Of a stretch of DNA of 64,000 nucleotides, positions 9,717 to 20,474 are shown in pieces (the stretch's first letter is position 1; every line of letters starts with the position of its first letter). The notes beneath the pieces are model-generated. The model made no database searches. It saw only the letters and a program-made list of their open reading frames with translations, and was not told the origin of the DNA. A program made the translations under genes and the position numbers. Source of the stretch: Lachnospiraceae bacterium (GTDB taxonomy: Bacteria > Bacillota > Clostridia > Lachnospirales > Lachnospiraceae); contig JAILKC010000071.1 in assembly GCA_024694055.1 (NCBI GenBank), positions 3,789 through 67,788 on the forward strand, read 5' to 3'.

Positions 9717-12101
9717 ATGAATCAAAAAGTACTTACGGTATTGGAATATAACAAAATAACAGATATGCTTACGGAGCGTGCAACGTCTGAACTCGGAAAG
9801 ACACGTGCCACGAAACTGCAGCCATTGTCATCGATTCAGGAGATCAGACAGGCTCAGAAAGAGACCTCGGATGCACTCGCAAGACTGATAAGAGGAGACA
9901 GTGTTTCATTTTCTGCCAACAAGCCGTTGTCCAAATGCTTTAAGTCGTTGGAGATAGGTGCTTCTCTTACGGCGGGAGAATTGCTTTCTATAGCGGATTT
10001 TCTGGATAATGTGAGCAGGGTGAGATCATACGGCGCCAGAAAGTATGACGATGAAAAGGCAGATTGCCTGACCGGTATGTTTGAGGCGCTTGTATGCCTT
10101 GACAGAATATCCGATGATATATACAGGTGCATAATCTCGGAGGATGAGATAGCAGATGATGCTTCGCCAAAACTTAAGTCGATCCGACGTGAGATCGGAC
10201 TGTCCGGTGAGAGGATACACAAGCAGTTAAGTAGCATAATAGGCGGCAGTTTAAGGACGTACCTTCAGGATGCCGTTATCACTCAAAGAGACGGAAGATA
10301 TTGTATTCCTGTCAAATCAGAATATAGAGGACAGATACCGGGTATGATCCATGATCAGTCTGCTACCGGATCCACCGTGTTCATAGAACCGCAGGCAGTA
10401 GTTGAACTTAACAATAAGATCAAACAGCTAAAACTTGATGAAGCCAAGGAGATAGAACAGATACTTACGGAATTAAGTGCAGAGACTGCAGAGGAAAGAG
10501 GGGCGATGGAATCGGATCAGAAGCTTATGACTGATCTTGATTTTATCTTTGCCAAAGGCAGGCTTGCACTGGATATGAATGCATCTGAGCCGGTATTTAA
10601 TGACGCACATGTCATTAATATTAGAAAGGGCAGACACCCTCTTCTTGATAAGGACAAGGTCGTTCCGATAGACATCAGACTGGGAGATGACTTTGATCTG
10701 TTGGTGATCACAGGACCCAATACAGGAGGCAAGACTGTATCGCTTAAGACCGTTGGGCTGCTTACTCTTATGGGGCAGGCCGGACTCCATATTCCGGCAG
10801 GGGACAGATCGCAGTTGTCTGTATTTAAAAAGGTTTATGCCGATATCGGTGACGAACAAAGCATAGAGCAAAGCCTGTCAACATTCTCTTCTCATATGAA
10901 GAATATAGTGGCTATACTTAAGAATGCAGACGAAGACAGTCTGTGTCTTTTCGATGAGCTTGGAGCCGGAACCGATCCTACGGAAGGTGCGGCGTTAGCT
11001 ATAGCCATACTTGATCATCTTCACAAAAAAGGTATCAGGACAATGGCTACTACTCATTACAGTGAACTCAAGGTGTATGCACTGTCTACAGACATGGTTG
11101 AGAACGGAAGTTGTGAGTTTGATGTAGCGACACTTTCACCGACATACAAACTGTTGATTGGTATACCCGGCAAGAGTAATGCTTTTGCAATATCCAAGCG
11201 TCTTGGGCTAAGAGATGATATAATAGAGGATGCCAAGAACAGGATCACTGATGAGCAGGAGAGTTTCGAGGATATCATATCTGATCTTGAAAACAGCCGT
11301 CGCAGTATAGAGAGAGAACGTGAAGAGATTGCGGATTACAAGGCTAAGATCAAGTCGCATCAGGATGCTCTTGAACGTAAGAGAGATAAGATCGAAGACA
11401 GCAGAGATGCTATCTTAAGAAAGGCCAGAGAAGAAGCCGCCGATATATTGCAGGAGGCTAAGGATATAGCTGACGAGACAATTAAGACGTTCCGTATGGC
11501 CGGTCCTGAAGCCACCATGCGCGATTTGGAGAAGGCAAGAGACAGAGTCAGGAATAAACAAAAGGACAATGCATCACATCTGACGTTTAAGACTGATGAT
11601 AGGCCGGCCAAGCAGATTAAGACTGAAGATATCACTGTGGGAATGAGTGTAAAGATAAGATCGCTCGGTATGAGTGGTACCGTGAGCACACTTCCCGATG
11701 ACAAGGGACAGTTGTTTGTTCAATGCGGCATCATGAGGACCAAAGCCAATGTCTCTGATCTTACCATATTAAAGGATGATAAGGAGCAGGATAAAAAGGA
11801 TAAGTTTGATAAGAGTTCGCCATCTCTTGGCAAGATTAAGTCAGGCAAGACCATGACTGTGTCATCGGAGATCAATTTGCTCGGCAAGACGGTGGATGAA
11901 GCCCTATACGAACTTGATAAATATCTTGATGATGCATATCTTGCGCACATACCCAGCGTCAGAATAGTTCACGGTAAGGGAACAGGAGCTTTGAGACAGG
12001 CTGTACAGAATAAGCTGCGTAAGACCAAATATATAGCAGAATACAGACAGGGAGAATTCGGGGAAGGTGACGCAGGTGTCACTATAGCGACGTTTAAGTA
12101 A
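9717..12101 (+). CDS. mutS2: Endonuclease MutS2
   Basis: HDQSATGST.FIEP, ITGPNTGGKT, DELGAGTDP.EG and TTHYSELK motifs, with a C-terminal Smr domain (IVHGKGTG.L...GEGDAG). Start placed at MNQKVL; the ORF track gives 9690. Confidence 0.97.
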   Translation: MNQKVLTVLEYNKITDMLTERATSELGKTRATKLQPLSSIQEIRQAQKETSDALARLIRGDSVSFSANKPLSKCFKSLEIGASLTAGELLSIADFLDNVSRVRSYGARKYDDEKADCLTGMFEALVCLDRISDDIYRCIISEDEIADDASPKLKSIRREIGLSGERIHKQLSSIIGGSLRTYLQDAVITQRDGRYCIPVKSEYRGQIPGMIHDQSATGSTVFIEPQAVVELNNKIKQLKLDEAKEIEQILTELSAETAEERGAMESDQKLMTDLDFIFAKGRLALDMNASEPVFNDAHVINIRKGRHPLLDKDKVVPIDIRLGDDFDLLVITGPNTGGKTVSLKTVGLLTLMGQAGLHIPAGDRSQLSVFKKVYADIGDEQSIEQSLSTFSSHMKNIVAILKNADEDSLCLFDELGAGTDPTEGAALAIAILDHLHKKGIRTMATTHYSELKVYALSTDMVENGSCEFDVATLSPTYKLLIGIPGKSNAFAISKRLGLRDDIIEDAKNRITDEQESFEDIISDLENSRRSIEREREEIADYKAKIKSHQDALERKRDKIEDSRDAILRKAREEAADILQEAKDIADETIKTFRMAGPEATMRDLEKARDRVRNKQKDNASHLTFKTDDRPAKQIKTEDITVGMSVKIRSLGMSGTVSTLPDDKGQLFVQCGIMRTKANVSDLTILKDDKEQDKKDKFDKSSPSLGKIKSGKTMTVSSEINLLGKTVDEALYELDKYLDDAYLAHIPSVRIVHGKGTGALRQAVQNKLRKTKYIAEYRQGEFGEGDAGVTIATFK

Positions 12102-12111
12102 AGGAGAACCT

Positions 12112-12810
12112 ATGGCAACCAAACAGAAGATCATGATAGTAGATGATGATGACAACATAGCAGAGCTTATTTCGCTGTATCTTACAAAGGAATGCTTTGA
12201 TACCCAGATATACGGAGACGGCGAATCTGCGCTTGGCGGATTTGATAGTTTTGCACCGAATCTTGTTCTTTTGGATCTTATGCTTCCGGGAATGGACGGT
12301 TATCAGGTGTGCAGAGAGATAAGAGCCAAGAGTTCGACTCCTATTATCATGCTCTCTGCCAAGGGAGAAGTGTTTGACAAAGTGCTCGGACTGGAACTCG
12401 GCGCTGATGATTACATGGAAAAACCTTTTGATACAAAGGAACTTGTGGCCAGAGTCAAGGCAGTGCTTCGACGTTATAAGGTCGCTCCGGATGCTGCGGA
12501 TGAGACGCAGATCAGATGTGTAGAGTATCCTGATCTTATCATTAACCAGACCAATTATTCGGTGGTATACATGGGCAAGAGCGTAGACATGCCGCCAAAA
12601 GAGTTGGAACTTTTGTTTTTCCTGGCATCCTCTCCCAATCATGTATTTACCAGAGAGCAGTTGTTGGATCAGATTTGGGGTTATGAATACATAGGCGATA
12701 CACGTACGGTTGATGTACATATCAAGAGGCTCAGAGAAAAACTTGGTGATCATGAGCATTGGCGTATAGCTACTATCTGGGGCATAGGATACAAGTTCGA
12801 GACTATATAG
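12112..12810 (+). CDS. OmpR/PhoB family response regulator
   Basis: IVDDD, LLDLMLPGMDG and GADDY..KPF motifs, plus winged helix RTVDVHIKRLR...GIGY. Confidence 0.96.
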   Translation: MATKQKIMIVDDDDNIAELISLYLTKECFDTQIYGDGESALGGFDSFAPNLVLLDLMLPGMDGYQVCREIRAKSSTPIIMLSAKGEVFDKVLGLELGADDYMEKPFDTKELVARVKAVLRRYKVAPDAADETQIRCVEYPDLIINQTNYSVVYMGKSVDMPPKELELLFFLASSPNHVFTREQLLDQIWGYEYIGDTRTVDVHIKRLREKLGDHEHWRIATIWGIGYKFETI

Positions 12811-12814
12811 GTTT

Positions 12815-14239
12815 ATGCGTAAGACACTCTATCTTAAGTTCATATTGGCATATATCATATTTGGCGTGTTTAGCTTTATCATGGTGGCTACATTTGCGTC
12901 CAACATGACGATGGAGCAGTTAAAGAGGGAAAAAGCGGAGACTCTCTATAAGGAAGCAACTCTTATCGCCAATACATACGCGGCTGATCTGTATACCAAC
13001 GACACCAGTCTGGATACGGTTAAACATGAGCTTGATGCACTGGATGTATATCTTGATTCAATCATATGGATCATTAATCCTTCCGGCCGAATGGTCATCG
13101 ATTCATCCAAACCACTTAATCTTGACGATGAGGTGATCATAGAAGGATTTGATCCCACGATCATGTCCGGAGCTTACTATACGACCGGTGATTTTTTTGG
13201 CAGTTTTGATGATGAGAAACTTTCAGTCTTGGCACCGATCACGACCGGATATAAAGTCAGGGGATATGTGGTTATCCATACATCGATGGCCGGTATGATG
13301 AAGAGTAAGGAAAGCCTTCTGTCTATATCGTATATTCTGATGGTGCTCATCTTCCTTCTGTCCATGATCATCCTCATATTCTTTACGGAGTTCGTGTATG
13401 TTCCGATACGCAGGATAACGGACGCCACAGAGCAATATGCTGCAGGTAATATGCACTATGAGTTCACCATAGATTCCGACGATGAGATAGGTTATCTTGC
13501 GGCGGCGCTTCAATATATGGCCAGTGAGATATCCAAAGCGGAAGATAATCAAAAGAAATTCGTGGCAAACGTTTCCCATGATTTCAGATCACCGCTTACA
13601 TCCATCAAGGGATATCTTGAGGCGATGATAGACGGTACGATACCGGAGGATAAACACGAGAAGTATCTTGGCATCCTTTTAAATGAGACAGAACGTCTGA
13701 CTAAGCTTACCAATTCTCTTCTTACGCTCAACAACCTTAATGTCAGGGGTGTAGTGCTTGAGAAGTCCGTGTTTGACATCAATCAGGTGATCCGTGATAC
13801 GGCCGCATCGGCAGAGGTTCAGCTTTCTGCAAAAGAGATAAGATTGGATCTTGTGCTCACCGGAGATGAATTATATGTCGAGGCGGACATGGGCAAGATA
13901 CAGCAGGTGCTGTACAATCTGTTGGACAATGCCATTAAGTTCTCGCATACGGGCGGTGTTATCAAGATAGAGACCACAGAAAAGCACAGCAAGGTATTCA
14001 TATCCGTCAAAGATAACGGAATAGGTATTCCGAAGGACAGTCTTAAGCTTATTTGGGACAGATTCTACAAGACCGATCTGTCGCGAGGCAAGGATAAAAA
14101 GGGAACAGGGCTTGGTCTTTCGATCGCCAAAGAGATCATATCCGCACATGACGAACACATTAATGTAATATCAACGGAGGGCGTGGGATCGGAATTTATA
14201 TTCTCATTGCCTATAGTTGATGATGAGGATGATTATTAA
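12815..14239 (+). CDS. HAMP-domain sensor histidine kinase
   Basis: Two TM helices, HAMP (DEIG.L), H-box SHDFRSPLT, NLLDNAIKF, DNGIGI and GTGLGL. Confidence 0.96.
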   Translation: MRKTLYLKFILAYIIFGVFSFIMVATFASNMTMEQLKREKAETLYKEATLIANTYAADLYTNDTSLDTVKHELDALDVYLDSIIWIINPSGRMVIDSSKPLNLDDEVIIEGFDPTIMSGAYYTTGDFFGSFDDEKLSVLAPITTGYKVRGYVVIHTSMAGMMKSKESLLSISYILMVLIFLLSMIILIFFTEFVYVPIRRITDATEQYAAGNMHYEFTIDSDDEIGYLAAALQYMASEISKAEDNQKKFVANVSHDFRSPLTSIKGYLEAMIDGTIPEDKHEKYLGILLNETERLTKLTNSLLTLNNLNVRGVVLEKSVFDINQVIRDTAASAEVQLSAKEIRLDLVLTGDELYVEADMGKIQQVLYNLLDNAIKFSHTGGVIKIETTEKHSKVFISVKDNGIGIPKDSLKLIWDRFYKTDLSRGKDKKGTGLGLSIAKEIISAHDEHINVISTEGVGSEFIFSLPIVDDEDDY

Positions 14240-14271
14240 CACACTCTTTTAGAAATTTATAAAAAATTAAC

Positions 14272-14300
14272 TTGTCCTATTGCGTGTGTTATAGTATTAT
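14272..14300 (+). promoter_or_regulatory. Putative SigA promoter for the small XRE gene
   Basis: TTGTCC, 17 nt, TATTAT, preceded by an A/T-rich UP-like tract. RBS GGGAGGT before 14338. Confidence 0.5.
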
Positions 14301-14337
14301 ATTCCAAGGTAAATGCTTACTGGCAGGGAGGTAGAAT

Positions 14338-14532
14338 ATGGATTCCAGAGAGATATTGCGTAAGTTAAGAGAAGATACAGGTATGAACAGAAGACAGTTC
14401 TCTGATTATTTTGGTATTCCTTACAGGACTATCCAGGATTGGGAGCTCGGCAATCGTAAGATGCCTGAGTATCTTCTTCGTCTGATGGTATATAAGGCTA
14501 ATATGGAGAAGCTGGTAAAGTCTGATAAGTAA
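14338..14532 (+). CDS. Small XRE/Cro-like helix-turn-helix protein
   Basis: LRKLRE..GM.R.QF...FGIP.RTIQDWE.G.R pattern and a strong RBS. Confidence 0.88.
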   Translation: MDSREILRKLREDTGMNRRQFSDYFGIPYRTIQDWELGNRKMPEYLLRLMVYKANMEKLVKSDK

Positions 14533-14533
14533 C

Positions 14534-15475
14534 ATGTTTTGTGCTAGAGGATTATCAATGAGGATATGCAGCGTTGTGTGCATATCCTTATCTTTATTAT
14601 GTGTGGGCTGTGCTCCCAAGGGACATCCGCATATTGTGGTGCATGATGAGGAGATAGATCTCGGGCTTGATACAGATATGGATATAGTCTTTGTGGCTGA
14701 CACTCATATATCTCTGTGCGATGACAGAGATAAGGCTTTATCTGACAAGGCATTGGCGAGATATGAAATCTTTAAATCTCCTGACGGTATCCATGCGGAT
14801 GACATCTTTGCGGAAGAAATGGATTATGTGAAGGATACTTCGCCGGATCTGTTAGTACTTGGCGGAGATATAGTAGATTCGGCCATGTATGCTTCCATTG
14901 ATTTTGTAAAAGACAAGCTTGATGATGCGAACACTGAATATATCTATGGCATGGGCAATCACGATTTTGAATACGGTAATGAGTATTACAGTGATACGGC
15001 CTATGAAGAATATCTGCCCAGATTGCAAGAGGTCAGCGAAACCAATAACGGCTTCCAGATAAGAGAATATGACGACTGTGTCATAATGGTTGTGGATGAT
15101 GACAACAATCGTGTGACACCTCAGGCAACAGAGGCTTTATCCAAATTGTGTGAAGGAGATAAGCCCGTCATATTATTTACACATGTTCCGATAGAACCGA
15201 AGGAGCAAGAAAGCTCTTTGTGGAAACGTTCGATCGAGGTGTGGGGGGCATATGATGACGGAAGATCCAAGGTGCTGATGGGCCTTCATTCGTGTATACC
15301 TGATGAAGCTACGTCACAGTTCATAGATCTTGTAATGAATGAAGATAATCCAATAGCGGCTGTGTTGTCAGGACACATACATTTTTACGATTCGTCAGAG
15401 CTTCGTTCCGGACTTACGCAAACCGTTACAGGAGCGGGATTCGAGGGAGAATTAATACATCTGCATATCAGATGA
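14534..15475 (+). CDS. Calcineurin-like metallophosphoesterase, probably a lipoprotein
   Basis: ADTH, GGDIVD, GNHD, THVP and SGHIH motifs. N-terminal hydrophobic stretch ending CVGC. The true start may be the second Met. Confidence 0.88.
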   Translation: MFCARGLSMRICSVVCISLSLLCVGCAPKGHPHIVVHDEEIDLGLDTDMDIVFVADTHISLCDDRDKALSDKALARYEIFKSPDGIHADDIFAEEMDYVKDTSPDLLVLGGDIVDSAMYASIDFVKDKLDDANTEYIYGMGNHDFEYGNEYYSDTAYEEYLPRLQEVSETNNGFQIREYDDCVIMVVDDDNNRVTPQATEALSKLCEGDKPVILFTHVPIEPKEQESSLWKRSIEVWGAYDDGRSKVLMGLHSCIPDEATSQFIDLVMNEDNPIAAVLSGHIHFYDSSELRSGLTQTVTGAGFEGELIHLHIR

Positions 15476-15525
15476 TGATGATTAGGAGTATACAGGCATA
15501 GTAGTAGCAGATAACGGTGGTGATC

Positions 15526-17013
15526 ATGAAGATAGGATTTGACAACGACAAATATTTGAAGATGCAGTCTGAGCATATCCGAGAGAGGATAGCAGCTTTT
15601 AACAACAAGCTTTATTTGGAATTCGGCGGCAAACTTTTTGATGATTTTCATGCGTCAAGAGTGCTTCCGGGATTTGAACCGGACAGTAAGCTCAAGATGC
15701 TTTTACAGCTTCGTGATCAGGCAGAGATAGTGATCGTGGTCAATGCTGAAGATATAGATGAGGGCAAGGTGCGAGGTGATTACGGTATCACCTATGATAT
15801 GGATGTTCTCAGACTTATGGATGCTTTTCAGGGGATAGGCTTATACGTAGGAAGCATATGTGTGACGAAATACGCCGGACAGACTGCAGCAGATCAGTTT
15901 ATAGAGAAACTTAATGAACTGGGTATTCGTTCATACAAGCATTACAGGATTCCGGGATATCCTTCGGATGTGGCACGTATCGTAAGCGATGAAGGATATG
16001 GCAAAAATGAATATATTGAGACGACCAGACCTTTGGTAGTCATTACGGCACCGGGTCCCGGATCAGGCAAGATGGCCACATGTCTGTCACAGCTTTATCA
16101 TGAGAATAAGAGAGGGATTAAGGCAGGATATGCCAAGTTTGAGACATTCCCGATATGGAATCTGCCTCTTAAGCATCCTGTCAACATGGCATATGAGGCG
16201 GCTACGGCTGACCTTAACGATGTCAACATGATAGATCCTTTCCATCTTGAGGCATATGGGGAGACTACAGTCAATTACAACAGAGATGTTGAAATATTCC
16301 CTGTGCTTAATGCAATGTTTGAACAGATTCTCGGAGAGAGTCCGTATAAGTCACCTACTGACATGGGTGTCAATATGGCCGGCAATTGCATAATAGATGA
16401 CGATGTATGCAGACAGGCATCCGAGCAGGAGATCATACGCAGATATTATCAGTGCCTCTGCGATCTGAAGAGAGGCAAGGACTGCAAGAGTGATCTGTAT
16501 AAGCTTGAGCTTATCATGAAACAGGCATATCTTACTCCTGACGACAGACTTGTAGTAGGTGCTGCGCTTTCAAGAGAGGAGCAGACTGGTCATCCGGCGG
16601 CATCAATTGAGCTTCCGGACGGAACACTCATGACAGGTAAGACCACGGATCTTCTGGGTGCTTCGGCAGCCGTTCTTTTAAATGCACTTAAAGAGATGGC
16701 GGGAATAGATCATAAGCTTCATCTTGTATCTCCCGAAGCCATCGAGCCTATACAGAGACTTAAGACGGGGTATCTCGGAAGCAGGAATCCGAGATTGCAT
16801 ACGGATGAGATTCTTATAGCGCTTTCTATCTCAGCTGCCACGAATAAGATGGCTGAGATGGCACTTAAGCAGATACCGAATCTTAAGGGACTTGAGGCAC
16901 ATTCGTCGGTGTTGCTGTCGAGTGTGGATGAGCAGACATTTAAGCGTCTTGGACTTCGACTCACATCAGAACCGAAGTACGAAGAGAAGAATAAGAAGTA
17001 TCATAAGCATTAG
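15526..17013 (+). CDS. DUF1846 (UPF0371) family protein
   Basis: MKIGFDN.KY, KLYLEFGGKL.DD.HASRVLPGF, APGPGSGK and AGYAKFETFP motifs. Confidence 0.93.
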   Translation: MKIGFDNDKYLKMQSEHIRERIAAFNNKLYLEFGGKLFDDFHASRVLPGFEPDSKLKMLLQLRDQAEIVIVVNAEDIDEGKVRGDYGITYDMDVLRLMDAFQGIGLYVGSICVTKYAGQTAADQFIEKLNELGIRSYKHYRIPGYPSDVARIVSDEGYGKNEYIETTRPLVVITAPGPGSGKMATCLSQLYHENKRGIKAGYAKFETFPIWNLPLKHPVNMAYEAATADLNDVNMIDPFHLEAYGETTVNYNRDVEIFPVLNAMFEQILGESPYKSPTDMGVNMAGNCIIDDDVCRQASEQEIIRRYYQCLCDLKRGKDCKSDLYKLELIMKQAYLTPDDRLVVGAALSREEQTGHPAASIELPDGTLMTGKTTDLLGASAAVLLNALKEMAGIDHKLHLVSPEAIEPIQRLKTGYLGSRNPRLHTDEILIALSISAATNKMAEMALKQIPNLKGLEAHSSVLLSSVDEQTFKRLGLRLTSEPKYEEKNKKYHKH

Positions 17014-17038
17014 TTTACATAACTATACGGAGGATATT

Positions 17039-19051
17039 ATGGACAACGCAACCAATAACTATGAGGGTGGGAATAGTAGTTATTCGGGCGGCAATTCCGG
17101 AGGACAGAGACCGGGCGGAGGAAGACCGGGACAGAGTGATGGCAATGCACCCAAGAAGCAGAGCCTTTTGTTCCTTTTGATCGCCTGTCTTGTTACGCTG
17201 CTTTTTGTCAGCTATTTTATGAAGGCTGTTTCCGGAGCCACATCGCAGGAGATATCATACGATCAGTTCGTCAAGATGCTTGAGAATGATATGGTATCCA
17301 GCGTATATATTGACTCTGACAAGATTGAGATCACACCCAAGACTGTCGAGAAAAAAAGTGATCAGACGCCATCTTTGGGATTGCTGTCTGCAGGTTCACC
17401 CGTGATCACATATTATACAGGTATCAGTGAGAGCAATGACGCGCTTACTGACAGATTGCTCAAGGCAGGTGTAGAGATCAACAACGAGATTCCGGATAAT
17501 TCCGGATGGATCTTATCCATACTGCTTACCTATGTGCTTCCCATAGTTATTCTGTGGGGTGTAATGAGTCTGGCTTACAGACATATGTCAAAAAGCGGTG
17601 GCGGCATCATGGGCGTGGGTAAGTCCAATGCAAAGATATATGTACAGAAAGAGACCGGGGTGACATTTGCCGATGTGGCAGGTGAAGATGAAGCCAAGGA
17701 ATCATTGGTTGAAGTAGTTGACTTTCTTCATGATCCCGGCAAATATACGAGTATCGGTGCGAAGCTTCCAAAAGGTGCTCTGCTTGTGGGACCTCCCGGA
17801 ACAGGTAAGACTCTTTTGGCCAAGGCCGTTGCAGGAGAGGCGCATGTACCGTTCTTTTCACTTACGGGATCTGACTTTATAGAACTCTATGTCGGCGTGG
17901 GTGCCAGCAGAGTGAGAGATCTGTTCAAAGAAGCTACCAAGATTGCTCCGTGCATCATCTTTATTGACGAGATAGATGCCATAGGAAGAAGCAGGGACAG
18001 TAAATACGGCGGCGGCAACGAAGAGAGAGAGCAAACTCTTAATCAGCTCCTTTCAGAGATGGACGGATTCGATACAGCCAAGGGAATACTTGTACTTGGT
18101 GCGACAAACAGACCTGAGATTTTGGATAAAGCTTTACTCAGACCGGGAAGATTCGATCGAAGAATCATAGTAGAAAAGCCTGATCTTAAGGGCCGTGTGA
18201 ATATACTAAAGGTTCATGCCAAGAATGTGAAGATGGACGAAACGGTGGATTTTGAAGAGATCGCACTGGCCACAAGCGGCGCAGTCGGATCCGATCTTGC
18301 CAATATGATCAATGAGGCGGCCATCAATGCAGTCAAGGAAGGCAGAGAATTTGTATGCCAGAAGGATCTGTTCATAGCGGTTGAACAGGTGCTTGTGGGT
18401 AAAGAGAAAAAAGACCGTATTATGTCCAAGGAAGAACGCCGTATCGTATCCTACCATGAGGTGGGACACGCGCTTATCTCTGCTCTTCAGAAGAACTCCG
18501 AGCCTGTACAGAAGATCACCATAGTACCTCGTACGATGGGTGCTTTGGGCTATGTGATGCAGGTTCCGGAGGAAGAAAAATACCTCAATACGGAAGCAGA
18601 ATTAAGATCCATGCTTGTCAGCACTTTAGGTGGAAGAGCTGCTGAAGAACTGGTATTTGATACGGTTACTACCGGTGCTTCCAATGATATAGAGAAAGCT
18701 ACGGATATCGCCAAATCGATGGTGACTCAGTATGGCATGAGCAAGAAGTTCGGACTGATCGGATTGGCGACAGTTGAGAGTAAATACCTGTCAGGAACTG
18801 CCACGCTTAATTGCGCGGAGTCTACAGCAGCATTGGTTGATGAAGAAGTCATGAAGATATTGGCAGAGAGTTATGAGGAAGCCAAAAAGCTTTTGAATGA
18901 TAACAGAGAGATCCTTGATAAGATCGCTGAGCATCTGATTGAGCAGGAAACAATAACAGGTAAGGAATTCATGAAGATATTCAGAGAGCTTAAAGGGCTG
19001 CCTGAGCCTGACCCCGATGAGGAGAAGGCTTCAAGGATAAACATGAAATAA
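17039..19051 (+). CDS. ftsH: ATP-dependent zinc metalloprotease FtsH
   Basis: Two TM helices, [25 protein letters not shown] and HEVGH. RBS GGAGG before ATG 17039; the ORF-track start at 16892 overlaps the previous gene. Confidence 0.97.
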   Translation: MDNATNNYEGGNSSYSGGNSGGQRPGGGRPGQSDGNAPKKQSLLFLLIACLVTLLFVSYFMKAVSGATSQEISYDQFVKMLENDMVSSVYIDSDKIEITPKTVEKKSDQTPSLGLLSAGSPVITYYTGISESNDALTDRLLKAGVEINNEIPDNSGWILSILLTYVLPIVILWGVMSLAYRHMSKSGGGIMGVGKSNAKIYVQKETGVTFADVAGEDEAKESLVEVVDFLHDPGKYTSIGAKLPKGALLVGPPGTGKTLLAKAVAGEAHVPFFSLTGSDFIELYVGVGASRVRDLFKEATKIAPCIIFIDEIDAIGRSRDSKYGGGNEEREQTLNQLLSEMDGFDTAKGILVLGATNRPEILDKALLRPGRFDRRIIVEKPDLKGRVNILKVHAKNVKMDETVDFEEIALATSGAVGSDLANMINEAAINAVKEGREFVCQKDLFIAVEQVLVGKEKKDRIMSKEERRIVSYHEVGHALISALQKNSEPVQKITIVPRTMGALGYVMQVPEEEKYLNTEAELRSMLVSTLGGRAAEELVFDTVTTGASNDIEKATDIAKSMVTQYGMSKKFGLIGLATVESKYLSGTATLNCAESTAALVDEEVMKILAESYEEAKKLLNDNREILDKIAEHLIEQETITGKEFMKIFRELKGLPEPDPDEEKASRINMK

Positions 19052-19074
19052 CGGAGCAATTCGTGTTATTTCAT
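19043..19074 (+). terminator. Inverted repeat over the ftsH stop (possible weak terminator)
   Basis: ATGAAATAAC (19043-19052) and GTTATTTCAT (19065-19074) are perfect 10-bp arms. No clear U-tract. Confidence 0.4.
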
Positions 19075-19163
19075 AAAGTAAGATATCAATTCATTAAACA
19101 TTATGCTTGCATAAAATGCTTAAGGACATTTACCGCATAGTGTGATAATATACAAGGGGACGT

Positions 19164-20459
19164 ATGGCGGATCAGAATAACAATAACAGTCAAAAATATA
19201 ATGATCTGGGCAATGAGATCAAGAAGTCGGTCATGGATGCCATTGAGAGCGGAGATTTTACCGGATTAAGCAATGGTATATCCAGATCCATCAATGCTGC
19301 TTTGGGAACTGTTCTCGGAGAAGTGGGAGATTCGATCAACAGGGCCGCTTCGCAGGGATTGAGTTCTGCGTCTCAGACGGCGAAGAGATATCATGAAGAG
19401 CAGGAGGCCAGGATCAGGCGCAATAAAGCGCTAAGAGCACAGGCGATAAAGCGTCCGAACAAGAACATTAAGTTCAATGATCATGGCGGAGTGATAAGTG
19501 TATTCCAGATGCTTATCGGATGCAATTTTGCTTTTATTGGTCTTATCGGAGTATTGGCATTCGCAACGACAGAATTTGAACTTGGTGGATTTTTGGTTGC
19601 GCTTGCATTTTGTGCTATCGGAGCTACGGCGATTACAAGGGGCCTTGACAAAAGAAAGGTTTTATCCACTGCGAGGAAACTTAAGGAACTTGTCAAAGAA
19701 AAGTTCTATGTATCCATAGAGGATGTATCGGCAGCTACCGGATACGACAGACGTAAGACGATCAAAGAGATCAAGAAGGTCTTGTCGAGGAACTTTTTCC
19801 CGGAAGGATTTCTTGACGAAGATGAGACTACGTTCATGGCTTCGAGAGAAGTCTATGATCAGTATCTGGCTACTAAGAAGCACAGTATAGAGACAGCCAA
19901 GGAAGAACTTAAGAAGCAGGGTGTTACCAATGCGGAAGAGACGTTTGACAATGAACAGTTAAGCGAACTCGGTGAGATGATGAGTGAAGGCAACAAAGCA
20001 ATAGCCAGACTTCACGAGCTCAATGACGAGATACCCGGAGAGGCCATATCAGCCAAGTTATATAAGACAGAGAGTCTGTTGCAGGATATTTTTGCAAGAG
20101 TCAAGGACCATCCCGAGCAGATGAAGAACTGTCACAAGCTTATGGACTATTATCTGCCTACGATGCTTAAACTTGTGGAAGCTTATGCGGAGTATGACAA
20201 GATAGCACAGCCGGGACCTGATATGATAAAGGCCAAGACTGAGATAGAGAAGACTATAGATACGATCAATGAAGCATTTGCCGAACTGCTTAATAAGCTG
20301 TTTCGTGATTCGGTATGGGATGTTACGGCGGATGCAAGAGTGCTGCAGTCCATGCTTGGACAGGATGGTCTGGCCAAGGACGAGTACGATACGGATGAAG
20401 ATGAATTAACAGCCACGGCTTCAAATGAAGAACCGGGCTTAAGTGTAGGTAAAAGGTAA
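19164..20459 (+). CDS. XpaC-like 5-bromo-4-chloroindolyl phosphate hydrolysis family membrane protein
   Basis: Two TM helices and C-terminal YYLPT..KL...Y...IE.TIDTIN.AF...D motif. Lies upstream of a TelA gene, as in xpaC-yaaN. Confidence 0.8.
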   Translation: MADQNNNNSQKYNDLGNEIKKSVMDAIESGDFTGLSNGISRSINAALGTVLGEVGDSINRAASQGLSSASQTAKRYHEEQEARIRRNKALRAQAIKRPNKNIKFNDHGGVISVFQMLIGCNFAFIGLIGVLAFATTEFELGGFLVALAFCAIGATAITRGLDKRKVLSTARKLKELVKEKFYVSIEDVSAATGYDRRKTIKEIKKVLSRNFFPEGFLDEDETTFMASREVYDQYLATKKHSIETAKEELKKQGVTNAEETFDNEQLSELGEMMSEGNKAIARLHELNDEIPGEAISAKLYKTESLLQDIFARVKDHPEQMKNCHKLMDYYLPTMLKLVEAYAEYDKIAQPGPDMIKAKTEIEKTIDTINEAFAELLNKLFRDSVWDVTADARVLQSMLGQDGLAKDEYDTDEDELTATASNEEPGLSVGKR

Positions 20460-20474
20460 TATTCAGGAGGGAGA

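Noticed and set aside
16892-17038. Extended FtsH N-terminus given in the ORF track
   Set aside because: It overlaps the DUF1846 gene. ATG 17039 has a GGAGG RBS and gives a normal FtsH.
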